Origin: Octopus sinensis
Taxonomy: Eukaryota
Direction: 5' to 3'
DNA length: 64,000 nt
Assembly: GCF_006345805.1 (NCBI RefSeq)
Contig: NC_042999.1
Coordinates: 129,270,001 to 129,334,000, forward strand
Shown: piece after piece, positions 49,980 through 63,300 of the stretch
How the letters are laid out: every line of letters begins with the position of its first letter
Position numbering within the stretch: position 1 is the first letter of the stretch
Notes under the pieces: model-generated
The model's database searches: none
Seen by the model: the letters and a program-made list of their open reading frames with translations, nothing else
Told to the model about the DNA's origin: nothing
Position numbers and translations under genes: made by a program

Positions 49980-50194
49980 CCCTTTAGCATTCAGATTACT
50001 CTGTCAAATATAATACTTATCCACATTGTTTTGAATTAGTTGTGCATTATCTTGTAGCTTTGAGATTTCGGTGGTGTGATGGTTTATTTTAGAATGATAT
50101 TGTAAGGTTGGTGTGAGAGGCTAGATCCAGCTCATTTGAACATTAAATGGGTAGAATATTTGGGCCAGATGTGGCTAGTTTAAATGCTAAAGAG
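49980..50194. mobile_element. piggyBac-like MITE (TTAA-CCCTTTAGCA...TGCTAAAG.G-TTAA); other copies at 4571-4770, 31011-31651 (interrupted) and about 31895-32055
   Basis: TTAA target-site duplication with CCC/GGG-type terminal inverted repeats. Confidence 0.8.
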
Positions 50195-51283
50195 TTAAAG
50201 AAGTAGAAGTTTTTCCTACATACATTAAAAAATGAAGAATAAGAGGGAAAAGAGAGGTTATACATGAAGACAACAAGTTTAGTTTTTTGTTTTTGCAAAC
50301 AACAGATTAATCAAATCCATGATAGAAAAAAAGAATTAAGACCCAAGTTAGTAAGTTGAAGATAGTTGTTGATGTATGGGCTACACTGTTACAACATTAA
50401 AAAATTCTCCATCAGATTTGGTCTATTTTTTTTTCATGAGCATTTCAGATTTTGTCTGAAGTAGAAGCCAAAGGAAGAGAAATTTGAGTCTCAAGGAGTG
50501 CCACTAGCTACTGGTGCCAATGGCTTTTGCCTTCTTATAGCCCAGTGATTGTTGTGGAAAGGTATCAGTCATAGATTGATAACAATAAAGATTTAAGGTT
50601 ATAAACTAGCTGATGTACAACTGGTTAAGACCAGATATCATCATCTTTTAATGTCTGTCATGGATTGGGCAGTTTGACAGGTTCCAATGGATCTGAGGAC
50701 TACATCATGTTCCAATGTCTTATTTGGCATGGTTTCTGTGGTGGATTGCTCTTCCAAACACCATTTACTTTACAGAGTAACACCAGCATTAGTAAGGGCA
50801 CCATGTAGCTTGTGAGACTAAGATCTTCATTAACTACTATGGTAGAGAGATAGGAAACTTTATGCCAAGTAATGAAAAGTTAGAGTATGAATGAAGGGGC
50901 TAGAACATTAAGTTTCTTACTGTAGAAGAAATACAATACAAGAGTAGGTGAAAGTAATCAGTATGGAGCTGGAAAGAAAAATTAGGGTGGCAGTGACAAA
51001 CTGTTCCAATGGGTTCTGGGTAAAGAACAGAAGAGAGGGTGACTGGGTAGATTTTTAAAAACTATATGAAAGATGGTTAAAGAAGAGATAGGAGTGTGGA
51101 TATACTAAATAATGAGTATGGCTGTGTGGTAAGAAGCTTGCTTTCTAACCACATGGTTCCAAGTTCAGTCTCACTGTGTGGCACCTTGGGCAAGTATCTT
51201 CTTCAGCCTTGGGATAACCAAAGCCTTGAGAGTGGATTTGGAAGTTGGAAACTATTATGTATGTGTGTGTGTGTGTATATATA

Positions 51284-51502
51284 GACATTGTTGTAGAGCT
51301 GAAAACGAGGCAATTTCCACTCTTCTCCTCTGGAAGCCATCTACTCGCAATACCAGAGGGCACACACTCTCCTACCCTGATGTAATCTCCAGCGATACAG
51401 ACATCCAGCAACAGGACCTCCATAATGCTATGATGGACTGTGAAGTCTGGTGTAGCATGGTAAATTCCATTGTCTTGACCACGGTCGAACAATGATGATG
51501 AT
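51284..51502 (+). mobile_element. 3' end of a second, distinct RTE-like LINE family nested in the TG microsatellite of a SINE
   Basis: Encodes LLLWKP..RGHTLSYPDVI..QDL..AMMD.EVW.SMV..TTVEQ*, followed by (TGA)n. SINE halves lie on both sides (51115-51283, 51503-51710). Confidence 0.75.
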
Positions 51503-52329
51503 GTGTGTTTATGTCTGTGTTTGTCACCAACCTCTACTTGACAACTGGTGTTGGTGTGTTTATGTTCCCATAACTTAGTGGTTCTTCAAAAGAGACCAAT
51601 AGAATAAGTAAAAAAATAAAAGTACTGGAGTTGGTGAATTTGACTAAAATTCTTCAGTGCAGTAGTATCTCAGCATGGGCACAGTCTAATGATTGAAACA
51701 TGTAAAAAAATAAAAGGGTTGAGACAGGTGTGGTGTTCAATGATAAATATGAGTTTGATGGTAAGTAGATGATGACTTGAGGTTAAGAAAGGTATAGAGA
51801 TGAATGTAGGGAAAGGTAGGGGAGGTTTGAGGAATTAGGTGCTGACTGGCTGCACAGAAAGGTAAAGAGCATCAGAATAATAATAATAATACAGTAGACA
51901 GGAGAAGGATGAAAGAAAGATGACATAGTTGGGGAGGTTGCAAGTGTGTGTAGAGAGAGGACATAGTACTTGGGGACAATGAGAGTTCTACTGCAATACA
52001 GGCAAATCAAAAGGAAGCAGTTCAGTGGAGAGAGTGAGAGATGTATGGTAATAGGAGCAATAAAGGATGGATGTCAAGTGGTTGTACGTTGTATGAAATT
52101 TAAATAGTATCTCTGAAAAGATAAGACATGGAGTTCTGCTCTCATTTAATTACAGCAGCAGAATACTGCAGTCAGACAGTGATAGAGAAATGAAAGGTGG
52201 AGGAGAAGGTTTGACAAGGAAACTTGGTGAGGGGTTCAATTGTGTATATTGATAATATACTTCCAGAATCTTAGTTCCACTGAGATGGGCAGGTTCTCTT
52301 GAGCACTGCATATCATCAGTCATCTTAGT

Positions 52330-53370
52330 CTTTTATCGTTTCCTCAGTGCAATTTAAAGTCCTGAGATCAGCCTTCACTACTTAGACCTATATCTTCCTG
52401 GGTCTCTCACTTCCACAAGTGAGTGGCACTTCTTTATACAGTTGTTCTCATCCATGTGCATTACATGTCTATACCAGTACAGTTTTCTCTCATCTGGTTC
52501 CCCTTATGCCTAATTTTTCTCTCAATGCATTTTCACCTTGTTATGTGCACTAATTGCACATCCAATGGAGCTTTCTAGCTTTGTTTCTTTTTGGTTTTCA
52601 CATGTTCTCTGTATTCAGAGCCCATGTCTCACTCTCCTGTAGCATTGCTGTTCATACAATCTCCTTTCATTCTGCGAGAGAAAACTTATGTTATCAATGG
52701 AAGTAATAGTTCTCTGAAGCAAACCTGGAATCAAAATTTAATTTAGTTAAAGTCAACTTAACAAAGACTTCCATCAGGTAAATGATTTTGCTTGATATGT
52801 TGAAGTGGAATTGATAGGAATCTTATACAGTGGAATCACAGGTTGATAGAGTAAGCAGACTTTGTAAGTGGCAGATGTGCAGGAACAATAAACACTAAAA
52901 GCACACAAAAAGTAGATTTCCTCAGATGATAAGTTTCTCTAGAAGTAGTTGATAGTTTCTGTTACTTAGGTGACCTTATTAGTTATAGGAGAAAGTGACC
53001 TGAAAGTATAGTAGCCAGAGTAAGAACAGGCTGGAGAAAGTTCATAATGCTGTTACTTCTGTTTTTAACAAAAACGTTTCATTCTCAGAGTGAAGGGTAA
53101 ACAAGGATTCTTGTGCATGAACTGCAATACTACATGATAGCGGGACATGTGAAGAATACAAAGAAATGAGACAAGCAGGCTCTGCTGGATGTACAATGTC
53201 AATGTCCATGAATGATGGAGCACAAACATGTTGAGAGAAAAACTGGGCATAAAAGGAATCAGTTGTAGTGTGTAAGAGAAGAGTCTGTTGTTAGGGGCAT
53301 GTGATGTCGAAAGATGTGTACAGTATATAAAGAATGTGTGGAAGAGGGAGACCCAGGAAGACAGGAGCTT
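52330..53370. mobile_element. Two old RTE RT fragments in opposite orientation (52330-52730 minus, 52830-53370 plus)
   Basis: Degenerate matches to LEVVDSFCYLGD, ARVR.GW.KF and the GRPRKT region. Confidence 0.6.
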
Positions 53371-56207
53371 TTTTCACATTTTAATAAGAAATAGTTTGAG
53401 TCAGTTTTTAGGATTGGTAAACTTTTATAGTTGAAATTCAAATTTGTGCAAGAAAAATGTTGAATTTCAGAAAAGAAGTCCTATAATTTTTGAAGTATTC
53501 TTGAAAGTGTGTGCACATACACACACACACACTTATATTGATACCAGTAAAGATGTTACATTAACAACTGATGGTAGTGGGTAGTCTTATTAGGAATTTT
53601 ATCCAGAACTATATATGTCAAAGAGATTAATCAATAATTATCCAAATATCGAGAAGGAAACTTTCTTGAGTGTATGGATCATAAATTGTTCCCTGGCAGA
53701 AAATTCTTGCTTAGATCTGATCATAGACTAATTAATCTTTAATCCACATTAAAAGAACTCCCAAAACTTATATCTTTGTAAATCATACAGCTGACAGCAT
53801 TTGATTAAGATATTGCACATGTCAAAGGACACAGTTTTTCACAGACATTCTCCCACTGTTGCATTTTAAAAGGCAACCACAGTACACTAGTTCAGATAAT
53901 GTTTAGGATAATTTCATATTCTAGATAGGAAGTATTCTATTAAATCTTCATAGCCTACCTTCAGAAAGCGTGCATGATCTGATACTAGGCAAAATTCATC
54001 CCAGAATGACAATATCTAGAGTAACTGCTCCAGTGCTGAGAGACAATATTAGTGGGTCAAACACAAACTCTAGAAAATGATGTTCTTTCCAATTTCAGTC
54101 TTATTGCTCTGCTCAAAGTATCCACAAGGTATATAATTTATAACTGTTCATTGTAGCATTAGAGGTATATGAAAGTTTGAAGCAGTGTGGCATGGCTATT
54201 CACATGTTGTAGAGGACTGCATACATAGATGTCATAAATGTGTAACAGTTATAAATTTCTTCAAAAGAGTAGGCTTTATTTGATTCCTGTAGTCTTGTAC
54301 ACATGGATTATACCCATGTTAATGGTATCAGATTGCTGCTTATTGTGAATTCCATTTCAAGTGGCTAGAGGTTATTCATATTTCTAATTGGAAGAGCTCA
54401 ACCATAAAATAAGTGTTATGTATAATTTTCTCTCAGAATGGAGTAGTAAAAATTTTGGTGCCATATAATGCCCCAAAATTCCATGAAAGTAATATCTATT
54501 CTTCAGAAAAGTTACTACTTTCCTTACAAAAATGATTCTATATTACCTGTATTTTCCTAATCAAAGAGAAAATTTGAATTAATTTTTACCTGAATATTGT
54601 TCAGTTATCCTACTGTTTCACTTACTAACAGGCTACAAAGTCTTTCTGTATTAATGGAGTACCTTATTCCAACTTGGAAATTGTGAACTTTGTGATGCAA
54701 ATTGGAAACAACACTGTCACTCTCACAAGGAATGGGACTGGAACCTGACTTATGCAGAAATCACTTGAAACAAATGTTGATGATGGTGCCTCTCCTGATT
54801 TCAAAAGTACTCATATTTATGGTGATGTGAGACAAGACAACAGCCTCAAGCCAGTAGTAAAAGAGTTCCTTGAGGTACTCAATCTACCTAGGGTTGTTAA
54901 ACCATAACATTTCAAAGAAATATGAAGATACTGATGTTATATAGCATTATAATAGAATTATGAAATTGCTGTTATGAATAAATGGCTTTTCATACTTTGA
55001 CAAACATGCAAAGCAAGTTATGTGACTAGGTAGTCAGTAATAAGTAGTTGTGAAGACAAGAAGGTCTGTAGTTTGACAAGTCAGGGTGTTAAAGTTAAAT
55101 AGACTATATTGAATCTTCAGTTATATATGACGATTTGTTATATAATGTTCATCCATTCATCTTCTCTCACTATTCCTGGAAAGGTTGTGAGGGTAGATTC
55201 TACAGGCACCTACTCCATAGGGTCCTATTAGAAGCAGTCATCATTACACTTTCCTGCTAGATGCTAAAGCATGACTAACTGAAACTATTGATATTATTTA
55301 ACATCTTGTTCTTGGTCTACTCTTAGGCCTAGAATCCATCTTGTGATTCTTTCCTGCAACATTCTAATCATCTTTGTAAATTATTTACATCATAACAAGA
55401 AGTCAAGATGACTTTCACCAGTAAAAAATTGTCTTACACATGTGCACAACTTTTATAATGCTTACTGTTAGGTGAATTCAATAATAATAATAATATAGTC
55501 AAATTCATGTAGAATTATTCTTGGACACAATTTGGACCCTGTTATTTATGCTTCCAAGTCATGACTGAAAGTCTTTTTCTATAACTAGTTGAATCTATAA
55601 CTAACCAGGACTGAGTAGAGTGCTTGTAGGTTATTATTTTGTACCCTTTCAGATAGGCTTTATTAAACTTGAGCTGATCATGTTAATTTTTTTTTTGCTA
55701 GTTTTTCTTTTAGCTGTAAATTGAGATACCAAGTGAACATCATTTGTTAATTGTCAGTTAGATCATGTACAATCCTAAGAGTAAATCTTTTTAAGCCTCT
55801 ACTTTTAATTAGATGTGGAATAGATTGGCAGTAACAAAATGCCCAAGAAGCAATTATTAATTAGATAAACCCTAATAAAGGGAGAAAATAAACAGATTAC
55901 TGGGCCTGGGAAAACTTATCCAAGTTCAACAATTGATTTATTAAGAACAGGCATTTATATTACAGGCTGGACAGCACAATGGGCATATTTATCCTCTTTG
56001 CTACTCCTGTCATTAATTTATCAATGTTTGTTCTTTGTAGCCTTTGCATCAAAGTCTAATGGTATCTTCATGTTTAGTCTGAGTTGATTGATGTCATATT
56101 ATTGGTTATTTAGGGAATTAAATACAGAGTAATGCCTAAGAATTTCAAACATTTCATTGTTATTTAGCTTATCAGATTTGACAAAAAAAGTTCTTTATAT
56201 GTTTAGA

Positions 56208-56532
56208 AGAGTGGTTCTCAACCATTCTTTGTCTATGGACCTCTTTAATTTAGTTACATTCTGGTGCCCATCCTCATTCTGTAGCCATTTGATGTTTAAA
56301 AACTAGTTTTATCGATACTTATTTCAAAATTCCTCTTTCACATTGTACACATCAATTTGTATTGGTTGAACTATGTAAAATATTAGAGCAAGAAACCTGT
56401 TTCTTGTGATAAATACTTTTAAAGCAAAATTTTTTCATGGACTCTTAAAAATATTGTTGTGGATCTCCAATTTACTATCTTGTATGCGTGGAACTCCAAA
56501 AATCTTATATGGACCCTGGTTGACAAACACTG
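56208..56532. mobile_element. hAT-type MITE (agtggttctcaacc...ggttgacaaacactg); other hAT-like MITEs at about 27460-27605 and 59980-60120
   Basis: Imperfect CAGTGGTTCTCAA-type terminal inverted repeats. Confidence 0.6.
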
Positions 56533-56996
56533 GTTTAGAATTTTAGATATGAACAGATTTTAACATGTTTAATTGGTTTAATTAACACTTTTGTTATTGT
56601 ATTTATTTTGAGATGCTCTGTGTTTCTTTCAATTACTTTAAATATAACAATGAATTTAGTAAAATAACTTCGTTATCATTCAGCTAGTGTTAGGAACATA
56701 AATTGTGACTAAGGTTTGGTGGAAGGTGTTTTAATTCAAAACTTATGAAAATAAGACATTTGTACTCAGAGCCAGAGCCAGTTTCAGCTGGGTTAGTAAC
56801 GAAAGGTTTAAACCAATTGTTGTTAGCTATTAAAGAAGCTACTCCTATGAGACAGATGTCTTAATGGACTGCTGTCCATCAAAAGTTGATATAAAATGAA
56901 CGTTCACTAAGTATAATGATAAATTGTCTTCTAATTTTGTTTAGGAAATTTGCATGTAATATTCTATCAATTCATATTTTTTAAATATTGCTCTAA

Positions 56997-57368
56997 ATGT
57001 CACTATTTCTATTTTGTAGCCCATGGTGTGAAAGATGTGTTCGTAAGGCTGTCAATAGTATTGCAAATAAAAAGTGCTTTTCAACTGTTGCACATGCCAC
57101 TATGAAACCTGCATATGTAAAGCCTCTTCATTCCATCAGATTACTGGGATCACTCAGAATCATTTGCCATCCTATTTTGTCTCGTAGCCTTCATGGAAAT
57201 TTGTACTCTCAGCAGATGGTTTTCAAACCTCTTCTTCGAGCGTCTAAACCAGTTGCTGTTTCAAGTTCTCGACAGATAGGCATCATTATTAGAATTGCAG
57301 GCCGTCTTTTGAAAGTGCGGTATATACTTGTTGGTGGAACAATTGGTGGAGGCTATACTATCTCAAAA
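56997..57368 (+). CDS. OPA1: OPA1 first coding exon (124 codons: targeting presequence + TM segment); exon acceptor at 56943-56944
   Basis: ATG at 56997, donor aaa|gtaagt at 57369. Confidence 0.92.
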
Positions 57369-60300
57369 GTAAGTTTGCATGAAAATGCTTTTTTTTTGTT
57401 GTTCTTTTTCTCTTTTAGAGGAATAAATGATCAACTTGTGCATATGTGACCAGCTGCTAAATGCTTAAGATGCTGGAATAATGGTTTAGAGACTTCTGGC
57501 AGTTTGCTGTGCTTGTGAAAACATGTCAAGCAAAGTAAAATTGTGGTTGTTTTTGCATACAGGCATGCCCCCCACATCCCTTTTCAGCTGAGCAATACCT
57601 AATCTTGCAGGCTCATGGGCACTGATACTATGTAAAAAAGCACCCATGCCAGTGTTATGTAAAAGCGCCTGTGCCAGTGCTGCATAAATACACTCAGTAC
57701 ACTCTGTAAAGTGGTTGGCATTAGGAAGGGCATCCAGTTATAGAAACCATGCCAGAACAGACATGGAACCCAGGCAGTTCTTCAGCTGGCCAGCTCCTGT
57801 CAAATCATCCAACCCATGCCAGCATGGAAAATGGATGTTAAGTGATGATGATGAATATGGTCATTTTGTTGTGATTTTAGGTAAAATACATGATTTCACA
57901 TGTCTCAATTTACTAAAGACAAATTGCCTACTCTTTGGATTATGGAAAGACTTTACTTTTGTTTTTACAATCTGAAGGAATATTTAAGTTTTTATAACCA
58001 TCTGAGACAAAGAAAACTGTATGTAAATGCTTTAGATAGTAGTTCCTTTAATAGATATGGTGTACTTAAAATCTGTGTGTATTGAGTTTAAGACAGAAGC
58101 CTCAAACTAAGCTACTGAATTGCCATAATGATTTAATGACATTTCACATTCCCATAATTAACTAATTTGTGAACAAATTGAAGTTTCTGCTACAAAGAAT
58201 GAAGTCATTTTCACTTCCCACTCACCAATCCAGATTTTATCACTAGTTCTTACTGAGATCATTAACTATTCCATTCAGGCTGAACTATTTCAGTTTATTT
58301 CATACCATTTTATGCTTAAGTTGATTAACCCTTTTGTTACCATATTTCTGTTGAATTATTCTACCTTCATTTTTAAAGAATGAAAAATTTAGTAAAAACA
58401 CTTCGTTGTTAAGTTTTTTTTCTTTTGGAACATAAATTGAAATTTTTATAAGTTTGATTTAGATTATTTTAAAACATCAAGTTTGCATTATAGGGCTAGA
58501 AGCAGTCCCAGGCATAGAAAGCTGGCATAAAATGATATGTGTGTGTATATATATATATATATATTATATATATATATATAAGCATAGGCATAGTTGTATG
58601 GTTAAGAAGTATGCTTCACAACCAAGTAGTTTCAGGTTTAGTCCCACTCCCAGCTTGGGTAAGGGTTTCCTACTATAGCTCCAGGGTAACCTCTGTGTGT
58701 ATGTGTGTGCATGCTGAGGTTTTACTTGTCACCATTTGTGTGGCCCTTTGGTACATACATTATGACCAGTGACTCTGCACTTTTGAAGACCTGTAAAATG
58801 TATCCATTATCTGAAAAACAGATGAAGGTTAGCAACAAGAAAAGCATCCAGCTATAAATCCCAAGTCAAAAATCACATTCCTGTCCAGTGCATATTTTTA
58901 TGGGAAAATGTATTTAAGCAAACAAATGGATGATACATGTTTTTTATAAATTAGTGTAAGAGTGTGGATGGCTAATTATATAGAGTAGCATGCAACCAGT
59001 TAAGAGATCAGTGGTTCATATTACATTATCAGCACACTGTTAGATCTGGGGTTAGGACACTTAACTATCAAACAGACCAGCATTGTACAAGATGCATAAG
59101 CTTCATACAATGTACCCTTCACTCTAACTTTTCCTACCCTATGTTATCTTTAATTATTTTGTATATTAGTAAAATACAAGATTCATTGATTATCAAAATG
59201 ACCTTTTTTTGCCATGATATTGATTTGTTATGAAGTAGTGCATGAAAAATCTATGAAAGTCTATATAATGGACAGGATATATAAGTAGCGTAGTGTCTCT
59301 TACTGGGGCAGGGGTGCTGTGAAAGGAGGGACGACGACATATTACCATGTTTAATAAAATTGATAGTTTTACACTTATCCAACATTATGGCAAAGAAAGA
59401 AGTTTTGCATAGATGCAAACCTTATTTTGTCTTTTCACTAATAAAGGTTGAATGAAGGTCTGTGGCTTAGTGGTTGGGTATTCAGCTCACAATCACAAGG
59501 TCATGAGTTTGATTCCCAGTGGCACATTGTGTTCTTAAGCAAGATACTTTATTTCATGTTGCTCCAGTCCACTCAGCTGGCAAAAATAAGTAGTACCTGT
59601 ATTTAAAAGGGCCAACCTTGTCACATTGTGTTACACTGAATCTCCCTGAGAACTACATTAAGAGTACATGTCTGTGGAGCGTTCAACCACTTGCACATTA
59701 ATTTCACAAACAGGTTCTGTTGATCAGATCAACTCAGACCCTTGTCATCATAACTGACAGTGCCAGTTTTTTTTAAATAGCAGTTGGGGTGGAAGCAAAA
59801 GAATATCATTAATATTTTTTGATGAGGATCTATTTTTGGTAGCATGAAAACCACTGAAATTGAGGCTATTTATATATACAGTTGTCAAATTCAAATTATT
59901 ATAATTGTTTTCATATATTGTGGCAAACTAAAGATTGCAGTCATTATCAGCAACTCTAGGTCTTTCTGCCTTTAATTTCAGTCATGGGCAAACTGCACTC
60001 CATGGGACTTTCTGAATGGCATACTAATGAAAAATTACTATAGATCCTTTAGTAGTGTGGCCTGCCTAATGATGAGCCATGGCTCATGCAGCTTGCATTT
60101 TCAAAATGGCTGCCTATTCTTGTTTTAGTTCCTCTGTCATATTGTTGAAACAGAAGTTATTAATTAAAATAAAAATGTCATAGGAGTGACTGTGTGGTAA
60201 GTAGCTTGCTTACCAACCACATGGTTCCAGGTTCAGTCCCACTGTGTAGTACCTTGGGCAAGTGTCTTCTACTATAGCCTCAGGCTGACCAAAGCCTTGT

Positions 60301-63300
60301 GAGTGGATTTGGTAGACAGAAATTGAAAGCCCGTCGTATTTATGTATATGTATGTATATGTATATGTATATGCCCCCAACATCACTTGACAACCGATGCT
60401 GGTGTGTTTACATCTCCGTAACTTAGCGGTTCGGTGAAAGAGACTGATAGAATAAGTACTAGGCTTACAAAGAATAAGTCCTGGGGTTGATTTTCTCGAC
60501 TAAAGGCGGTGTTCCAGCATGGCTACAGTCAAATGACTGAAACAAGTAAAAGAGTATTAAACTTTTAATGTAATGTACAGCTCTATAAAACTCTCTATAC
60601 TGTACACTCTGTAAAGTGTTTGACATTAGGAAGGGCATCTAACTGGAGAAACCATGCCAAAGTAGATATTGGAGCTCAGCGCAATCTTTTGGCTCATTGG
60701 ATCCTATTAAACTGTCCAATCCATGCTAGCATGAAAGATAATGATGAAAATTATGATGGTATGTGTAATCTGTTTTGCTTTTTTACTCTTTTTTCCTTCA
60801 GAAATATGAAGAATTCAAAGATCAGCTTCCAGATACTAGTTGGCTACATGATTATTTGCCAAAACAGGAACATATTGACAAGTTGAAAGAATTAACTGCT
60901 TCATTTCGAGAGCAAACCTCTCAGATTAAATTGCCTGAGTTGGTAAGTTGAAAGCTTAATTGGTTTCAAACTTGTTATTCACTCGTTTATAAAAATGAAA
61001 TCACATTACTTGTATGTTAAAAAAAAAAAAAATTATAACTTTCTAAGAATTTGACTTTTCCAAATTAGCAACTGACAGAATTATGTGAAACCATAATATT
61101 ACTAAAAGGTAGCAATGCTGTACAGTTAGGAGCAAAAAAGAAAAAAAAAATCATTAAAAACTCAGAAGCAATATTGGTTTTTTATCAAGATTTCAGAGCA
61201 TCAGCATTGTTGGGGTAGCCCACTCAAAACACTGAGATTAATTTACTGTTCTGTAATTTAATTTTAGACACTCAACCATTCATTCATTGACAAAAAAATA
61301 TTTGGCATGGCTGTGTGATTAAGAAGTTTGCTTCCTAACCTTTTGGTTTCAGTTTCAGTCACTCTGAGTGGCACCTTGAACAAGTGCATTCTACTTTATC
61401 TTTGAGTAGACTAAAGACTTTGAGTGGATTTCATTGACAGAAACTGAAAGATATCTGTTGTGTGTGTATGTATTTTTTTATCTGTGTTCTCTTATCTGGA
61501 CATTACATGATGGTTGTAAATGAGCATCACTGTCATACAAGCAACATGTTCTCTAGGAACATGTCAGAACATGGGAAATACTACCTTACTTGGAAACAAG
61601 TAAGGGTTGGCAACAGGAAGGGCATCTGACTTTGGAAAATCTGCCTTAACAAATTCCCTATAACTCATACAAGCTTGTAAAGGCAAGACATTAAATAATG
61701 TTGATGATGATGATGATTACTCAAACCTCTTTCTTAAAATACTTTTTTGCCATAGTTTGAACAGGTGTGCTGTACAGCTTATTACAATTCATCTTAATTC
61801 TGTCATCATGTCTGAAGCTCGGCACTCTGAGATCAAATGCACCATTTCTGCTTATATTTTCTCCATTCTTTCTTTTCTGTAGGTACCTTTAATGATCAAA
61901 CCAAGAAAACCATGTTGTCATTGGCTTTTTTTTCAATTATTGACAGTGTTGATAACAATTTCTGACAAACATATCGATATTATTTTCTCTCCAGTAAAAA
62001 TTAAGTGGAAACAGTGAACTGTTAAATTATTTCTGGTTTTTGTCATGAAAGTGTAGCTGCTAGAATAAGAATAGCCTGGGCAAAGTTCAGAGAGCTCTTA
62101 CCTCTGCTGGTGACAAAGGGCCTTTCACTCAGAGTAAAAAGTAGATTGTATGATGCATGTGTATGAACAGCCATGCTACATGGCAGTGAAACATGGGCCG
62201 TGACTGCTGAGGACATGCTTAAGCTCGCAAGGAATGAAGCCAGTATGCTCTGCTGAATGTGTAATGTCAGTGTGCATACTCAGCAGAATGTAAGTACCTT
62301 GAGAGAAAAGTTGGACCTAAGAAGCATCAGATGTGGTGTGCAAGAGAGACGACTGCACTGCTATGGTCATGTGGCAAGAATGGATGAGGATAGCTGTGTG
62401 AAAAAGTGCCACACCTTAGCAGTTGAGGGAACCTGTGGAAGAGCTAGACCCAAGAAGACCTGGGATGAGGTGGTGGAGCACGACCTTCAAACATTAGGCC
62501 TCACCTGAGCAATGACTAGTGACCGAGACCTTTGGAAATATGCAAATTTGATGACTGGCATCCGCGCTAGTGGAGCGCTAAGAGCACCATTTGAGCATGA
62601 TCATTGCCAGAGCAGCTGACTGGCTTATGTGCCAGTGGCACATAAAAAGCAGCATTCGAGCGTGATCGTTATGAGCGTTGCCCTACTGGCACTTGTGCCG
62701 GTGGCATGTGAAAAACATTTGAGCGAGGTTGTTGCTAGTGCCGCTGGACTGGTTCCTGTGCAGGTGGCATATAAAAAAACATCATTTGAGCGTGGCTGTT
62801 GCCAGTACCACCTGACTGGCCCTCATGCCAGTGGCACGTAAAAGCACCCACTACACTCTCGGAGTGGTTGGCATTAGGAAGGGCATCCAGCTGTAGAAAC
62901 CACCAGATCAGATTGGAGCCTGGTGCAGCCATCTTGTTTGCCACTCCTCAGTCAAATTGTCTAACCCATGCCAGCATGGAAAGCGGATGTTAAACGATGA
63001 TGATGATGATAATGATATTCTCAAGCATACAAGTCAATGTCATACATAGTGTAAATTTGTAGTGTAAGCATTCAAATATTGACACTATCTTTCTAAATCC
63101 TGCTGTATTTCACAATTGTCTTGTGTAAGTGGACATATCTTTTTCTTTTTTTTTTTTTGTAGCTGTAAGTTTTCATGTGAAAAATCCAACTTATATGCTG
63201 GAAAATATATCTTTATCTGTGTTTGAATTGAACTAATTCTGTTGCTGTTGTTATAGGAATTTTTGAATGAGGACAACGTTAAAAATTTCCCATCTGCTGA

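Noticed and set aside
57369-57449. C-terminal 26 aa of ORF 56997..57449
   Set aside because: Read-through past a consensus gtaagt donor into the intron; homology continues at 60802.
60181-60260. tRNA-like sequences at SINE heads
   Set aside because: They are multicopy, continue into SINE bodies, and show no complete cloverleaf.
61883-62010. Strong acceptor (ttctttcttttctgtag) in OPA1 intron 2 as an extra exon
   Set aside because: No convincing donor was found, both tested frames reach stops, and exons 2 and 3 already join in phase.
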